From the NCBI GenBank assembly GCA_030704615.1, contig CM060733.1, forward strand, positions 31,930,001-31,994,000: a DNA stretch of 64,000 nt. The letters are read 5' to 3'. Both the position numbers and the translations under genes were made by a program. The stretch is from Takakia lepidozioides. Taxonomy: Eukaryota > Plantae > Bryophyta. The notes below the pieces were generated by a model. That model saw nothing but the letters and a program-made list of their open reading frames with translations, ran no database searches and was not told the DNA's origin. This document shows positions 1 through 12,137 of the stretch, piece after piece (positions within the stretch are counted from its first letter, which is position 1; each line of letters starts with the position of its first letter).

Positions 1-1436
1 GTGCTCCTGCTGTTTCTGTCCCTGGTCCTTCGGCAGGTTTCTAACGAGAGAGACAAGCGGCGATTGAGCCCGCCTCTACCTGTCCCTATTGCAAAGAAAA
101 TCAACATTGGAAACCGGGGAAACCGGAGCTCAAGGTTCATCTTGCGAAAGCGAACTCCAGGCTCAATCCTTCTGCTACCGCATGGCCTTATTCCTCAGTT
201 CCCATTTCCGAATGTCAATGAGAAGGGGTTTTGGCCGGCATTCCAAGAATTTGTTGCGCGAGGCGAGGGCGCAGTCCATGCGACAGCTGCAAAATCAAGT
301 TGGTTCTATCGACAGACAATCAAGTTGGATTCCCTGCCATTTCTCTGTTTTTCAAATTTTGGGCTGTTGTCTATCCATGTAACCCTTGTGTTACCCCCCC
401 TGTCTCTCCTGTGGCGTGTAACCCAGAGTGTAACCCACCTACAGAGGACCCCTTTTAAAAACCCCTATGGTGTGTAACCCACCTCTGTGTAACCCCGTGT
501 AGCCCATCTTGTTTGTAACCCATTTTCATGTGTAACCCCTCGTGCTGTAACCTTTTTCTCTGGTGTAACCCCTCACGCTGTATTGCGCAGGGAGCTCGAT
601 ATCATCTTAGAAGCGATGATATGGACAGTGTTGTTGCTGCCCACAAGGCGTTTACTGCCCAGCCGGATCATGGTCCGTTAATGATAGAGGAATTGAATCG
701 GGTGAAGGAGTATTTAGAGAGCATTGGGCATCCTGACATGCCAAAGCAGAAAAAGAAAAAAGGTGGGAGACTTACACGAGTCCATCGAGAGAGCCAAGCC
801 TCACATGATGATGACACGATGGACGAACTAGCTGTTGGCAATACCGACCTTGACGATGCCAGAACTTCAAATCCTCTTGTCATCACTATTACTGTAGATG
901 GAATCAAAGGTTTGGTTGTTCCAGATCCGTTGGAATTCACTCGTGGTTTTGCCGAAGGATTGATCAGTCAAATGGAGAATCTCACCAAACCGCACATTGG
1001 ACCGCCACCACTCCTTTTGAGAATTCTGGCCCACAACGATGTAAGAAATCATGGCAGGTCAGTTTCCCAAACGCATCCCAGGTTGGGGTTCACGACTGAA
1101 CTTCTGGAAAGTGCTCTTACGGCCTCAAAGGTGAAGGACCTGGTCGATGAGTATTACGGCTTTAGTCTGATGTACTTTGCACAACCTGGTGACGGAATTG
1201 CGACCTTGGATTCTGAGCTCGAAGACTTAAGATCGAGTTTGAGTACAGAAGAGTGGGGTGACCGGTCAATTAAGATCAACGGAGCTATACAGTTTTGCAA
1301 GGCAAGCCGTCGTCGCGCCGCCCATCACTTTGCGATCCAACAGAGAGAATCGTTTATCCAGCTTTGGTGTTGTGGCCTCTTCAGCGAATCACCAACAGAA
1401 ATGGATTCAATGCGCGTTTGGGCATCCAGTATATGA
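1..1436 (+). CDS. 3' part of an unknown MULE-associated protein (at least two exons, ~37-298 and ~591-1436)
   Basis: Long open frame 528-1436 with an NLS-like KQKKKKGGR. A TGTAACCC-rich stretch at 300-590 ends in GCAG and looks like an intron. No family recognised, and splice phases are not resolved. Confidence 0.5.
378..572 (-). repeat. Intronic cluster of the TGTAACCC motif
   Basis: About ten TGTAACCC-like copies in 200 bp. Confidence 0.85.
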
Positions 1437-1795
1437 GAGACCTTGGGTCTGTAGTGCCTTGGTATCTCTGTAATGTTTACGGTCATAACCCCTAATCTTG
1501 GTAATATGTCTTGTAACTTGTAAAGTGTTCAAGATGTGGAATGTCAGTGAATGTGGTCAACCTCTCTCAGAATGACCCAGCCTTCGTGGGTCCCATTGAT
1601 GCGCAGGGTGACACTGCAAAGGGGAGGATGCCCTGAAACCGAGGGTTACACTGCACCACTACCTGTGACACTGTGCAGAGAGGAGCAACAGGGAAGGAGG
1701 GTTACACTGCAAGGGTGACACTGTTAGGGAAGGAGGGTTACACTGCACCTCAGGGTGACACTGCGGATACCGGTGGCTGACTGAGGGACATTGTC

Positions 1796-3916
1796 GTGGG
1801 TGACACACCATTGCCCGTGAACACTGCAACTTCCGTTGAGAGTGACATTGACATGGGTTACACTGATAGGGGTGACACCCCACAGCCAACCCACATGGTA
1901 GATGTCAGTGAGTGTAACACTGTCATGGATGACATTCCACTACCACTAGTCGTGGAAGGTGACACTCCTTTGCCACGGCCACTAGTCGCGACGGATGACG
2001 GTCTTCCGCTAGTCAACATGGTCTTGGAGGGTGCGGAGAAGGGCGACACAATCAAGGATGGCATTGAGGAGGTTGATGCAAAGAAGAGTGACATCGACAT
2101 GGGTGACACGGGGAAGGGTGTCACCGAGGAGGTTGTCAGTTGGAAGGGTGACACAAAGCAGGGTCACACTGAGAAGCGTTTCACTGTGGAGAGTCACGAA
2201 GAGAAGGATGTTGCGGAGCATCTAGACACTGAGAAGAGTGACACTGCCAAGGGTGACACACATAAGATTGTTACTCAGCAGAGTGACACTGGGAAGGAAC
2301 CCGATGAGAAGGGTGACACTGCGAAGAGTGACACTGATAATGCGGCCAAAGAGAAGTTGACACTGAGAAGGTAGCCGGAGAGAAGGGTGACACTGAGATG
2401 CGTGACTGAGGAGGTTGACACCCTGAGGAGGTAGCGAAGAGAAGGGTGACACTAAGAAGAGTGACACTGACACTGAGAATCGTGACACTGAGGAGGTAGC
2501 CGAAGAGAAGGGTGACACTAAGAAGTGACAAGGGGTTTGAACAGAAGGGTGACACTGACGGGTAGCACCGAGGAGGTGAGCTGTGACACTTTGCCCTTGG
2601 TCAATCACCTCCCAGCACGTCTCAGACGAGGGAGTGCAGTCTTCAGCACTTGCAGCAAACTCAGAACAAGGCACCTCTGGCTCAGAAATTCCCCCTACCG
2701 GCGGCATTGTCAGGGTTGCAGAGAATCCCAGGAGGTCAAAACGGCCGCCTGCTCAAAGAAAGCGGTTGGCTGAACCCCCTAGCGCTGACAAAGAAGTATC
2801 TGTTCTTGTCGCACCCAAAAAACAGCGAACCAAAAGTGCAGGGGTCTCGGAGGTTGACGTTGTCCAGCAGCAAGAGGTCCTTGCCAAGCACTTGCGGGAG
2901 CGTTCGAGGTACCTCATTGTACTTTGATCCTCTCTGATTTTGAATATTGATTATAACTCTTGTATGATGCATCGTAATGTTCGTAATGTGCGGTTTGTTG
3001 TGCAGACTAAAACAACGGTACTTGACAAAGTTCAGAATGGTGTCGGACCCTCCTGGGGCGCCCGAAGTGAAGTTTTATTATGGCGATGCCTTCCTGGCTT
3101 CTAGTCCGTTACAGTTTTACTTGGGAAGAGACAGATTTTGAGCCGATGTATAAAATAAGAGCAACTGTCACAGATGCATTGCTCTCGGGTTACAACAAAC
3201 TTCTGGAGGCCAAATTGTTTAAGGCTATCGCACCTGAGTTTGTCATCTGTGCTCCTTTCCAATGGCATGTCATGCGTACCAATGGTAACGATCTGCAGAC
3301 GCTATTCGGGTTGGTGCAAGAATGGTACACTCAGGATGCCCGAGGGATGGTGTTCACAAAGAATCGAGATCTTGTGGACGTGGTTGTCATCCCTATTGTC
3401 TTCGAGTAAGTAATTTCAGCGTTGACTGAGCATGTTGGGTTACACTCCTCTATTCTAGACTGAGTTGCACTAGTGACTGCTGACTAGTTGTGTAACACCG
3501 TTTAGAGTTACAGTACAAAGGGTTACACTACTGGGTTACACCACACACCACAATGGGTTTCATTGGAGATGTTTTTTTCTATTCTGACGTAACGGCTTTG
3601 TTTGTGTTGCAGTGATCACTGGAGTGTTGCTGTTTTAGAGCGCCGAGGTCGGATAGTACATTTGGACTCCCATAAAACCATTGCCCGACCCAAACTCATT
3701 GAAGGAATTTTGCGAAATTTTGCCATAGCGTTCTTTGATTTCATGCCTGGATCTGATGACTTCAGTTACGTCATGGAGAGGATGGAATGGTTTGAGGCCA
3801 GTGTCCCCCAGCAACGGAGCTGTTGGGAGTGCGGCTATTATGCACTTTGTTTTGTGCAATTTTACTTGGAGTGGAAGTTCAATGTGAAAAACCACAGAAG
3901 ATCGAACCCGTCATAG
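1796..3916 (+). pseudogene. Ulp1-like SUMO protease (peptidase C48) gene with an acidic, GDT-repeat N-terminal region; frameshifted
   Basis: Last exon reads DHWSVAVL...VHLDS...VPQQRSCWECGYYAL, the His-Asp-Gln-Cys catalytic pattern of C48. Preceding exons at ~3006-3406 (VVVIPIVFE|gt) and 1796-2909. Stops and frameshifts lie in the repetitive part. Confidence 0.8.
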
Positions 3917-4084
3917 GCGGGCGTTTACTGCAAGTTGGTTCAACGAGTCAACCATGATAGCTTCCCGTACTCATATGATTAGTTGGCTGTGTGACGAGAT
4001 GGACAAAGACTTGGTCAGATGGCCAAAGAAATAAATAGCGTCTTGATGCATTTTTGCTTCTATGTGGTTTGTTCGTAACACTTC

Positions 4085-5310
4085 ACAGTTTGGGTTTCAT
4101 GCAATGGGCTTACATGGGGTTACACCTTATAAGGTTACATGAAGTGGAATCATAGACAAGTACTTGGGTACACCTTTGGGCCCTGGGGCAATGGGCTTAC
4201 ACTCTGTGGTTCACACATAAGTGATGGGTTACACCATGCCGGGTCTCACAACGTGGGGTTACACTTATGGGTTACATACAATGGGCCTAGGGTTACATGG
4301 TTGGGCCTTCCTGGCTATGTCAGGGTCACGTTGCTGAAACAGTATACTTTCGTGGCATGTAACCCCACCTCGACTATGCGCATTTGTTTTATTTTTTATT
4401 TTTTTCGCACTGAAGTGTTTGTGCACTGAAGTTCTCAGATTTATACTACATGGGGTTACATACATGAGGGCTATGTACAATGGGTTACATACGATGGGGT
4501 CACAATAGTGTGGGGGTAACATCTGGTCGGGCTACATACTTCTTGGAGTTACAACACTCTGGGTTACACTCACTCAAGAGGGTTACACAGTTCTAAGTTA
4601 CACTGTGCACAATGAAAGTGGGCAGGGTTGCCTATACAAGGGCTACGTGTCGTGGGGATACATAAGATGGGGTGATGTAGCATCGGGGTTTATAGCGTGC
4701 ACCCCAAATTGTACAATGGGTTACATGCGATGGGGTGACATCAATGGGGGTTACATGTGGTCGGGATACATACTTCTTGGGGTTACACAACAACAAGTTA
4801 CACTCCGGAGGGCTACACTGGTCCATAACATAGGTTGAACGGAATGATTATCTATCTCATGGATTACACGTCCATGGGTTACACACAATTGGGTTACACA
4901 TAGAGGGGTTACACATACAGGGGCTAGTGTTGGTGACTAAAGGTGCTCGACTTCAGCATCTTCCCACTCTGTATTGAAGGGTCATGTAACCCCGGCAGAC
5001 TAACCCAGACCCTGTAGTCACATTGTAGTCATCGACTTATAATTCTCAGAGTTACACCACTGACAGCAATATTCTATGGGGTTATACTGGGTTACACTGT
5101 TGATAGTTACATTGCAGTTACACTTGGAGTTACACCACAATGAGTTACACTGAAGAGGTTCACACTCATCTGTGTTACACTGTGTGGAGTACCACAGATG
5201 CGAGTTACACTAAGTAGAGCTATGTTACGTTATGAAACCCCAGACAGTGTAACCCTGCGGTGTGTCACCCCGGCCCATGGGTGTCCCATTGAGTGGGGTT
5301 ACATAGGTTG
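4085..5310 (+). repeat. Intergenic cluster of the GGGTTACA motif between the Ulp1 and transposase 3' ends
   Basis: Dozens of dispersed (G/A)GTTACA(C/T) copies with unique spacers. Confidence 0.85.
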
Positions 5311-5415
5311 AATGTGGATGGAATGGCAAAGTGAATAACAACCCATGAACAGACATGTACTTCATATTAAACTTGGTGATCACAAAATAAGTGTCATTGC
5401 CAATGGACTCAATGG

Positions 5416-8400
5416 TCACTTACTACGGAACCGGTCTACAAAATCTACTTTCCTGGCAAGGGACATGTTGTTTCCATCATCATTTTTTATGAATGGAACT
5501 GCTTGAAGAGGGTGCAACAGACCTTTGTCGATTCTAACTTGTAAAGTGGACAGCCTCCCACGAACACAACGAAGCTCGGCAAGCAAATGTTTGCGCATTG
5601 TTTCACTCTCATTGCCAAGAAGCGACAGGGACTTCATCTCAGATTCAATTGATGAAACATCCGATGGCTCCTGCCGACCACGCTGGGATGATGCTGAGCA
5701 CTCCGTAGGCTCTGCTAGATTCACAACTTCCTCCTCTGCATCAATATCTGGAAGTTCCGATTTCATCAACATGTGAAGACCTCCATGAATGGTCCCGAGC
5801 TTTGTGCCACAGAGCTTCACAATAAGCCCTTCCTTCAGATTTGGCTTCATCAATTGAAGAACGCGGATTTGATGTTGCACAAGTTACCCTTCAAAGCCCA
5901 TGGACAATCGCAACAAGCCCAGGTGGTCGCAGGTGGTGCATAGATTGTGTAGCTTCGACCGGCCGTTTGAACACTATCCACAATCGCCGGATGACCAGGA
6001 ACAGTGGGCAAATGAACATTGACATCAGGGATCTCCCTTGCAGTCCAAACACATTACTGATAAATTCCTCCTGTCGTACATTCCTTTTGAAGCCTTTCGA
6101 TTTCAAGTTATCTCTATACCAATAGTGGGTTAGAACAGGACCCACGAGTTCGCTGATCAGCCAATCGATTCTCCTGCCATCAAGCCTTTGCTTTCCCGAG
6201 CGTAAACGAGCCTTCAAATTTCCGTGCCAAGATTCAATTGCGGCATAGTATCCTGACTTGCGTGGGGAATATAACGAGCCCCCGTGATCCACATGCTCAG
6301 TTTTGGGACCCATTCATTCTGATGTAACGTAGGAAGTCACGCGCAAGCGGATAGGAATAATTCAAATCTTTCCAGTCGCTCCAGCGCCCCACTCTTCTGG
6401 GGTGACTCCCACACAGGCGTTAATGCCGTACATTACGTCGCCAAGCTGTTTCAAAACAGCATTGCGAGTGTATGGATCGGGCATCTTACGCCACGAATGT
6501 TTCAGCCAAGCGCGGCGAACATGCCAAAGGCATAGAAATATGCTACGTCCCCAAACGATTCCCTGCACGCACACACATCAAATGCCACCCAATCCATCAG
6601 TGTAACTCTTGTCAGTGTAACTCTTATCAGAGGAACTCTTCGCAGTAACTCGTAGAAGTGTAACTCTTCAAAGTCACTCTTAGTAGTGTGACTCATGTAA
6701 CCCCTCGTGCATGGTCATGTAACTATCAGTGAAACTCACAGCAGTGTAACCCAACACATATAACCCCTCGCAGCGCTGTAACGCAATCCATGTTACACCG
6801 TGTAACTCTCAGAGCGACCCAACCCATACAACCCTCTGCGATGCTCCCTAACTCACATGCTATAGCAGTGCAACCTAATCCATGCAGGACTGCGGATGAC
6901 AATGTAACTCCCGTGTAACTCGCAGTGTAACCCCTCATAGCAGTGTAACCCTCGGTCTAACTCACAGCAGTGTAACCCTCCGTCCAACTCAAGGCAGTAT
7001 AACCATCTGTCTAACTGATAGTGTAACCCTCAGTGTAACAGCACCAATCCATGTAACCCCTCAAGCAACTGACAGTGTAACTCCAAGTGTTACAGGCAGC
7101 AATGCACCCCCTCGTGTAACTGGCAGTTTAACTCTTACTGTGATTCTCAGTGTAACTAGCAGCAGTGTAGCCCGATCCATGAAACCCCTCGTGCATGCAA
7201 CTTGTTGTGAATTAGTGTGACTCAGAACATTGTAACTTCTAGCCGTGTACCTGATAGCATTGATTTTGCGTCTGCATCGTCGACAACAAAAGCATTTGGC
7301 CTCCAATCTGGTTTGCTCTGAAGAAGTCGGTCGCGAAGACGTTTCATCCAGGGGCTCAGGTCAGTCGTTTTGTTTCTCGCTGATATAATATAAGCAACAG
7401 GTATGCCGTTGAGCCATTCGTCGAACACCATCATGGTATACATTGGGAAACTGCAATGTCGCAATGGTACAAAAATGAATAAGGTGAGTGTTATAATATT
7501 GGCAACAGTTGCATGGCACTCACATTTCAGAATGCAATGAAAGGTAAAGCGTGACACGAATACCTTATTTTCGTTGGTCCCAAATGTTGCATCGCAGGAT
7601 ACCACACGGTGTGTCCCAGGTCGATCATTTTCTGTTTTTGCCACTCCGTTTGTATTCCAATTACGAACTTCAAATCACCCGCCACTGGCGCTGTCTCTTC
7701 ATGGTAGAAGAAGACGCTTTCAGGATTGCTATCGACCCACATACGTACACTTTGTGCATCATCTGGATGTTTTTTGTAACTCTCAATCGCAAGCTTGTCG
7801 GCAATGTTTCTCACGTCGTACTCGAACAAGAAAACAATCGCGACTCCACTCCATGCCTGGCTGAGACGCACAAGCTTCCTGGAGTTGTTGAGTGTGTTGT
7901 GTCATAATCATAGCTGGAGATAGGCCACTGCGAAGACTATCGACGATCCACTGTTTCATATCTTGGCTGAGACGAGGGGCATGCACGAATCGCGAGAAAT
8001 GGGAAGAGGGGTCAGCTGAACCATGACATGGCTTTCCTTTTGCATCCACATGTTGTTTCTGGAAGTATGTGATGATTGCCAACTCTGATCTAGAAAAAAC
8101 TGGCCAACTTTGAAGCTACACGTACACCCACGTTTGTATGACTCTCCGAAATCCGCTGCCTTACGTCTGATTCTTGACTGGTTTTTGATTATCGGAGGCT
8201 GCTATCGGTTTTTTTTTTTTCTTCACAATCGGCGGGTCCGTGCGCCTATCTATCGGGCCGTAGCAGCAGTGGTACCTGCAAAAAAAGCATATAAAGCGAG
8301 GAGGGTTATCGCCATATACGACTTTGCTAGGCTAGCAGAAAGAAGTGGGGCTGGGAATGTTATACAACCCTCATAAGTGACTTACTTATGCCACTGACGA

Positions 8401-8754
8401 TAACTGTTTGCACGCGGTGTTGTCAAATCTGGCAACACGGTACCTTCGATCTTGAACATAAAATTGGGTCTTCCCATCCACTCTACTCCTTTCTCCCTCC
8501 AGAAAATCAGGAATGCGAGACCATGGAACGACAGCTACTTCGATGGATATCCGTTTCCTTTTCCCTGGAAACCTGGGCGTATCCAACGGAGGTTTGTGTG
8601 ATTGAAAAGCCCGTATGGGCAGCTGTAGGATGCATTTCAAATGAGATACCAAATGCTGCAAATGACAGAGTTCTCCCGCCTCATCTTTCAAACCATTTGA
8701 TTCCAATGCTGCTTTGCGTTCCTCGTCTAGCACCTTCGCGGCAGCACATGCCAT
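5416..8754 (-). pseudogene. MULE DDE transposase with SWIM zinc finger (resembles the plant At4g13970/At1g60560-type family); multi-exon, several frameshifts
   Basis: Motifs in order: VPWSRIPDFLEGE, QKQHVDAKGKPCHG, FVIGIQTEWQ, VSCDATFGTN (D1), FVVDDADA (D2), LCLWHVRRAW (CxxH), AAIESWH (E), and CDCPWALKGNLC..HQI (SWIM). GT-AG introns separate the pieces. Confidence 0.88.
6598..7190 (-). repeat. Cluster of the GTGTAAC(C/T)C motif in a transposase intron
   Basis: Repeated (CA)GTGTAACCC and GTGTAACTC between transposase exons. Confidence 0.85.
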
Positions 8755-8969
8755 TAGCAGCAACAATACCACCAGTACAGTACAAATCGCATAACACACG
8801 CGGGCAACGCAGCGGAGCCCTCGGGACTGCACGTCGTCTACGCACCTGGTGAAAATGACGAGCGATGATGGAGTTACACGTGGGTTTTGATGTCACCGAA
8901 TCGTGTAACCCAGGTTTGAATTCAAAATATCTGACACTCTTGGAGCCCGCCAATTTTTGCCGGGCACCA

Positions 8970-10960
8970 AGGGGCTACACGAACAGGGGTGACATGCGTT
9001 GGGGATAAAGGATCCGGGGTGACACGAGCTATGAGTGACACAATCGGGGGTTACACGGGGGGATTGATACAGTATCGGGGTTACATGGTGGGGTTACAAT
9101 GTGAGAGTTGCACAATGAGGGTTACACGAGGCGGAGCTAAAGGGCTGACGTGCAGAGGGTTACAGGATGATGGGGTTACGAGGAACTGGAGTTACACGGA
9201 GAGGGGTATATGGGATAACATGATACAAGCTTACATTGGGGTTACACGATGCAGGATAACATGGAGTGAGGGTTACACCCCGCGGGAGTAACAGAGGGTT
9301 ACATGGGTTACAAAGGGTTACAGAGGGTCATGGGGTTACATGGGTTACAGAGGGTGACAGGGTTACATGGGAGGGTTACATGGAGTGAGGGTGACACTCA
9401 GCGGTGTTACAGAGGGATAAACGGGTTACGGAGGGTTACATGGTGGTGAGGGTTACACCTGGTGAGGGTTACAGTCACAGAGGGTCACAGAGGGTTACAT
9501 GGAGTGAGGTTACACAGGGGTGAGGGTGACACTCTACGGTGTTACAGAGGGTTACTGAGGGTTACATGGTGGTGAAGGTTACACCTGGTGAGGGTTATAG
9601 AGGGACACAGAGGGTTACATGGGTTATAGAGGGTCAGAGAGGGTTACATGGAGTGAGGGTTACATGGGTTACATGGGTTACACAGGGTCACAGAGGGTTA
9701 CACGGGTTACGCAGGGTCACAGAGGATTACATGGGTTACAAGGAGTGAGGGATGCATAGGGAGGGTGACACTCTACGGTGTTACAGAGGGTTACATGGTG
9801 GTAAGGGTTACACCTAGTGAGGGATATAGAGGGTCACAGAGGGTACACATGGTGGTGAGGGTTACAAAGGGTCACAGGGTGAGGGGACACTCTACGGGTT
9901 ACAGAGCCACGGAGGGTTACAGGGTGACAGGTGTCACAGAGGGTTTGTGTGGGTTAGGGTTACATGGTGGCGAGGGTGACACTCTGCGGTGTTACAGAGG
10001 GTTACATGGTGGTAAGGGTTACACCTGGTGAGGGATATAGAGGGTCACAGGGTTACATGGGTTACATGGTGGTGACAGAGGGTCAGAGGGTTACATGGAA
10101 TGAGGGTTACATAGGGGTGAGGGTGACACTCTGCGGTGTTACAGAGGGTTACATGGTGGTGAGGGGGGTTACAGAGCCACAGAGGTTGTGAGGGTTACAT
10201 GGAATGAGGGTGGGGATGAGGGTGACACTCTGCGGTGAGAGGGTTTGTGAGGGGGGTGGCGAGGGTGTGCGGTGTACAGAGGGTTACATGGTGGTAAGGT
10301 TTGGTGAGGGAGAGGGTCACAGAGGGTACGGAGTGAGGGTTACATAAGGGGTGAGGGGACACTCGGTGTTACACATGGGTTACAGAGGAGGGTGAGGGTT
10401 ACTGAGGGTACAACAGAGGGTTACATGGGGTAAGGGTTACACCTGGTGAGGGATATAGAGGGTCACAGAGGGTTACATGGGTTACAGAGGGTTACATGGT
10501 GGTGAGGGTTACAGAGGGTCAGAGAGGTTACATGGAATGAGGGTTACATGGGGTGAGGGTGACACTCTGCGGTGTTACAGAGGGTTACATGGTGGTGAGG
10601 GTTACAAAGGGTCACAGAGGGTTACATGGGTTACAGAGGGTTACATGGAGGGTTACATAAGGGGTGAGGGCGACACTCTGCGGTGTTACAGAGGGTTACA
10701 TGGTTACAAAACCACAGAGGGTTGTAGGGTTACGGAGGGTTACATGGTGGTACTCTGCGGTGTTACAGAGGGTTACATGTAGTGAGGGTTACATAGGGGT
10801 GGGGGGTGACACTCTGCGGTGTTATAGAGGGTTACATGGGGTTACAGAGGGTCATGGGGTTATATGGGTTACAGAGGGTTACATGGTGGTGTGGGTTACA
10901 CTCGGCGGAGTTACAGAGGGTTACATGGGGGTGATGGTTGAACCCGGGGCGGGGGTTACA
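8970..10960 (+). repeat. ~2 kb dense degenerate array of GAGGGTTACA/GGGTGACAC upstream of the MULE transposase
   Basis: Roughly three copies per 60 nt, with higher-order units such as gagggtgacactctgcggtgttacagagggttacatggtggtgagggttaca. Strongly G-skewed. Confidence 0.95.
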
Positions 10961-12137
10961 GGGAACTGGCGGACTGCTGGAAGCGGCGGACTGGTGTCGC
11001 AGAACGACGACGCAGGGGCGACGACGCCGATGGGATGAGGGCGGGGGTGGGGAGGGATTGACCGAGCCCAGCCGGTTGCCTTTCGATGTCTGCCGGAGGC
11101 GAAGAACCGGCGGTACGGGTGTCAGGGCTGGACCGTCCTGACGCGCTTGCATTAAGTTCTTACATTATTCCTATTATCTTCCAATTAAAAGGCATCTGAC
11201 TTGGCTGTTATTTTACCTTAAATTAGTTATTAATACCTGCATTTTTTGTTTTTTTTAAAAGAAAAGAGGGACGGAGGCCTCGAAACTTTAGATAAGGACA
11301 AGAAGTCCGAAATATGTAGAGCAGTTTCATCGGGCCCTGTTCATTCTAGAGAGATTACTGTGGCCCAGGAATTAGAGTGGGGGCATATGTAGTAAGGCCA
11401 CGTGTATTAAGCAAGGGGTCCAAAAAAAGAAGGGAGGAATGCTAGATGTATCAAATTGGCCAAATTTAGATAGGGAGAACGGGAGATACAAGAGGAAAAA
11501 ATAACCTCAAATGAAGTGCTACGGAGGCTGATCTAGGAAGGCAACGCTTCGTAACCAAGGCAAGGATATATTTTTGATAACCGGCTGGTAGTATTACAAT
11601 CAAAATATCCGTCCTATTGATACCCGTCTACAAATCGAAAATCGTGTAACTACTATTGATTAAAATTTAGTGAATATTCTAATACTATGGAACCGGCTGG
11701 TAATTAGTACCGCCCAACAGTGGTTATCACTCTAGAGTACTGACCCCACTATATTGAACTCATCATATAAAAGTTCAAGGGTGGTTATAAATATGCCAAA
11801 CTTGCCCCCATTTTTTATTGTCGCTATACTTTCATATATAATAACTGGGCTTCCCACCAGTAGCTTGCAGTAACCTGAAACCTCTGTATGCAATATAAAC
11901 CTTAGCTAATCATCAGCCGGCATCTAAAATGTATGGTGTTGGAACCAAACATCTATTTGATAGTATGTGGTAGACCTACTACAACAACCAACTTTTAGCA
12001 ACTTATAATCTTAGCTTTATCCTTATGATTATGTGCAAATATGATATATAAACATTCAATAACGGTTTAAAAAAAACATTGAATAATAAGACAACAAAGT
12101 TGGTAGAAGAAACATTGTTGGAGTTCCAACAATACTT

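Larger units (their letters stand above)
1..11150. mobile_element. Mutator-like DNA transposon (MULE) carrying a transposase, a Ulp1 protease and an unknown ORF; left end outside the window, right end approximate
   Basis: Convergent MULE transposase (-) and Ulp1 (+) genes are unified by one dispersed motif, GGGTTACA/TGTAACCC, which stops at about 10960. No TIR or TSD pair could be seen because the other end is not in the window. Confidence 0.8.

Noticed and set aside
8970-10960. True telomere or telomerase-added tract
   Set aside because: It is interstitial and degenerate, has higher-order units, and the same motif fills introns of the adjacent transposon in both orientations.
8989-11152. 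Many short ORFs with VTEGY/RGLHG repeats
   Set aside because: These are translation artefacts of the GGGTTACA array.
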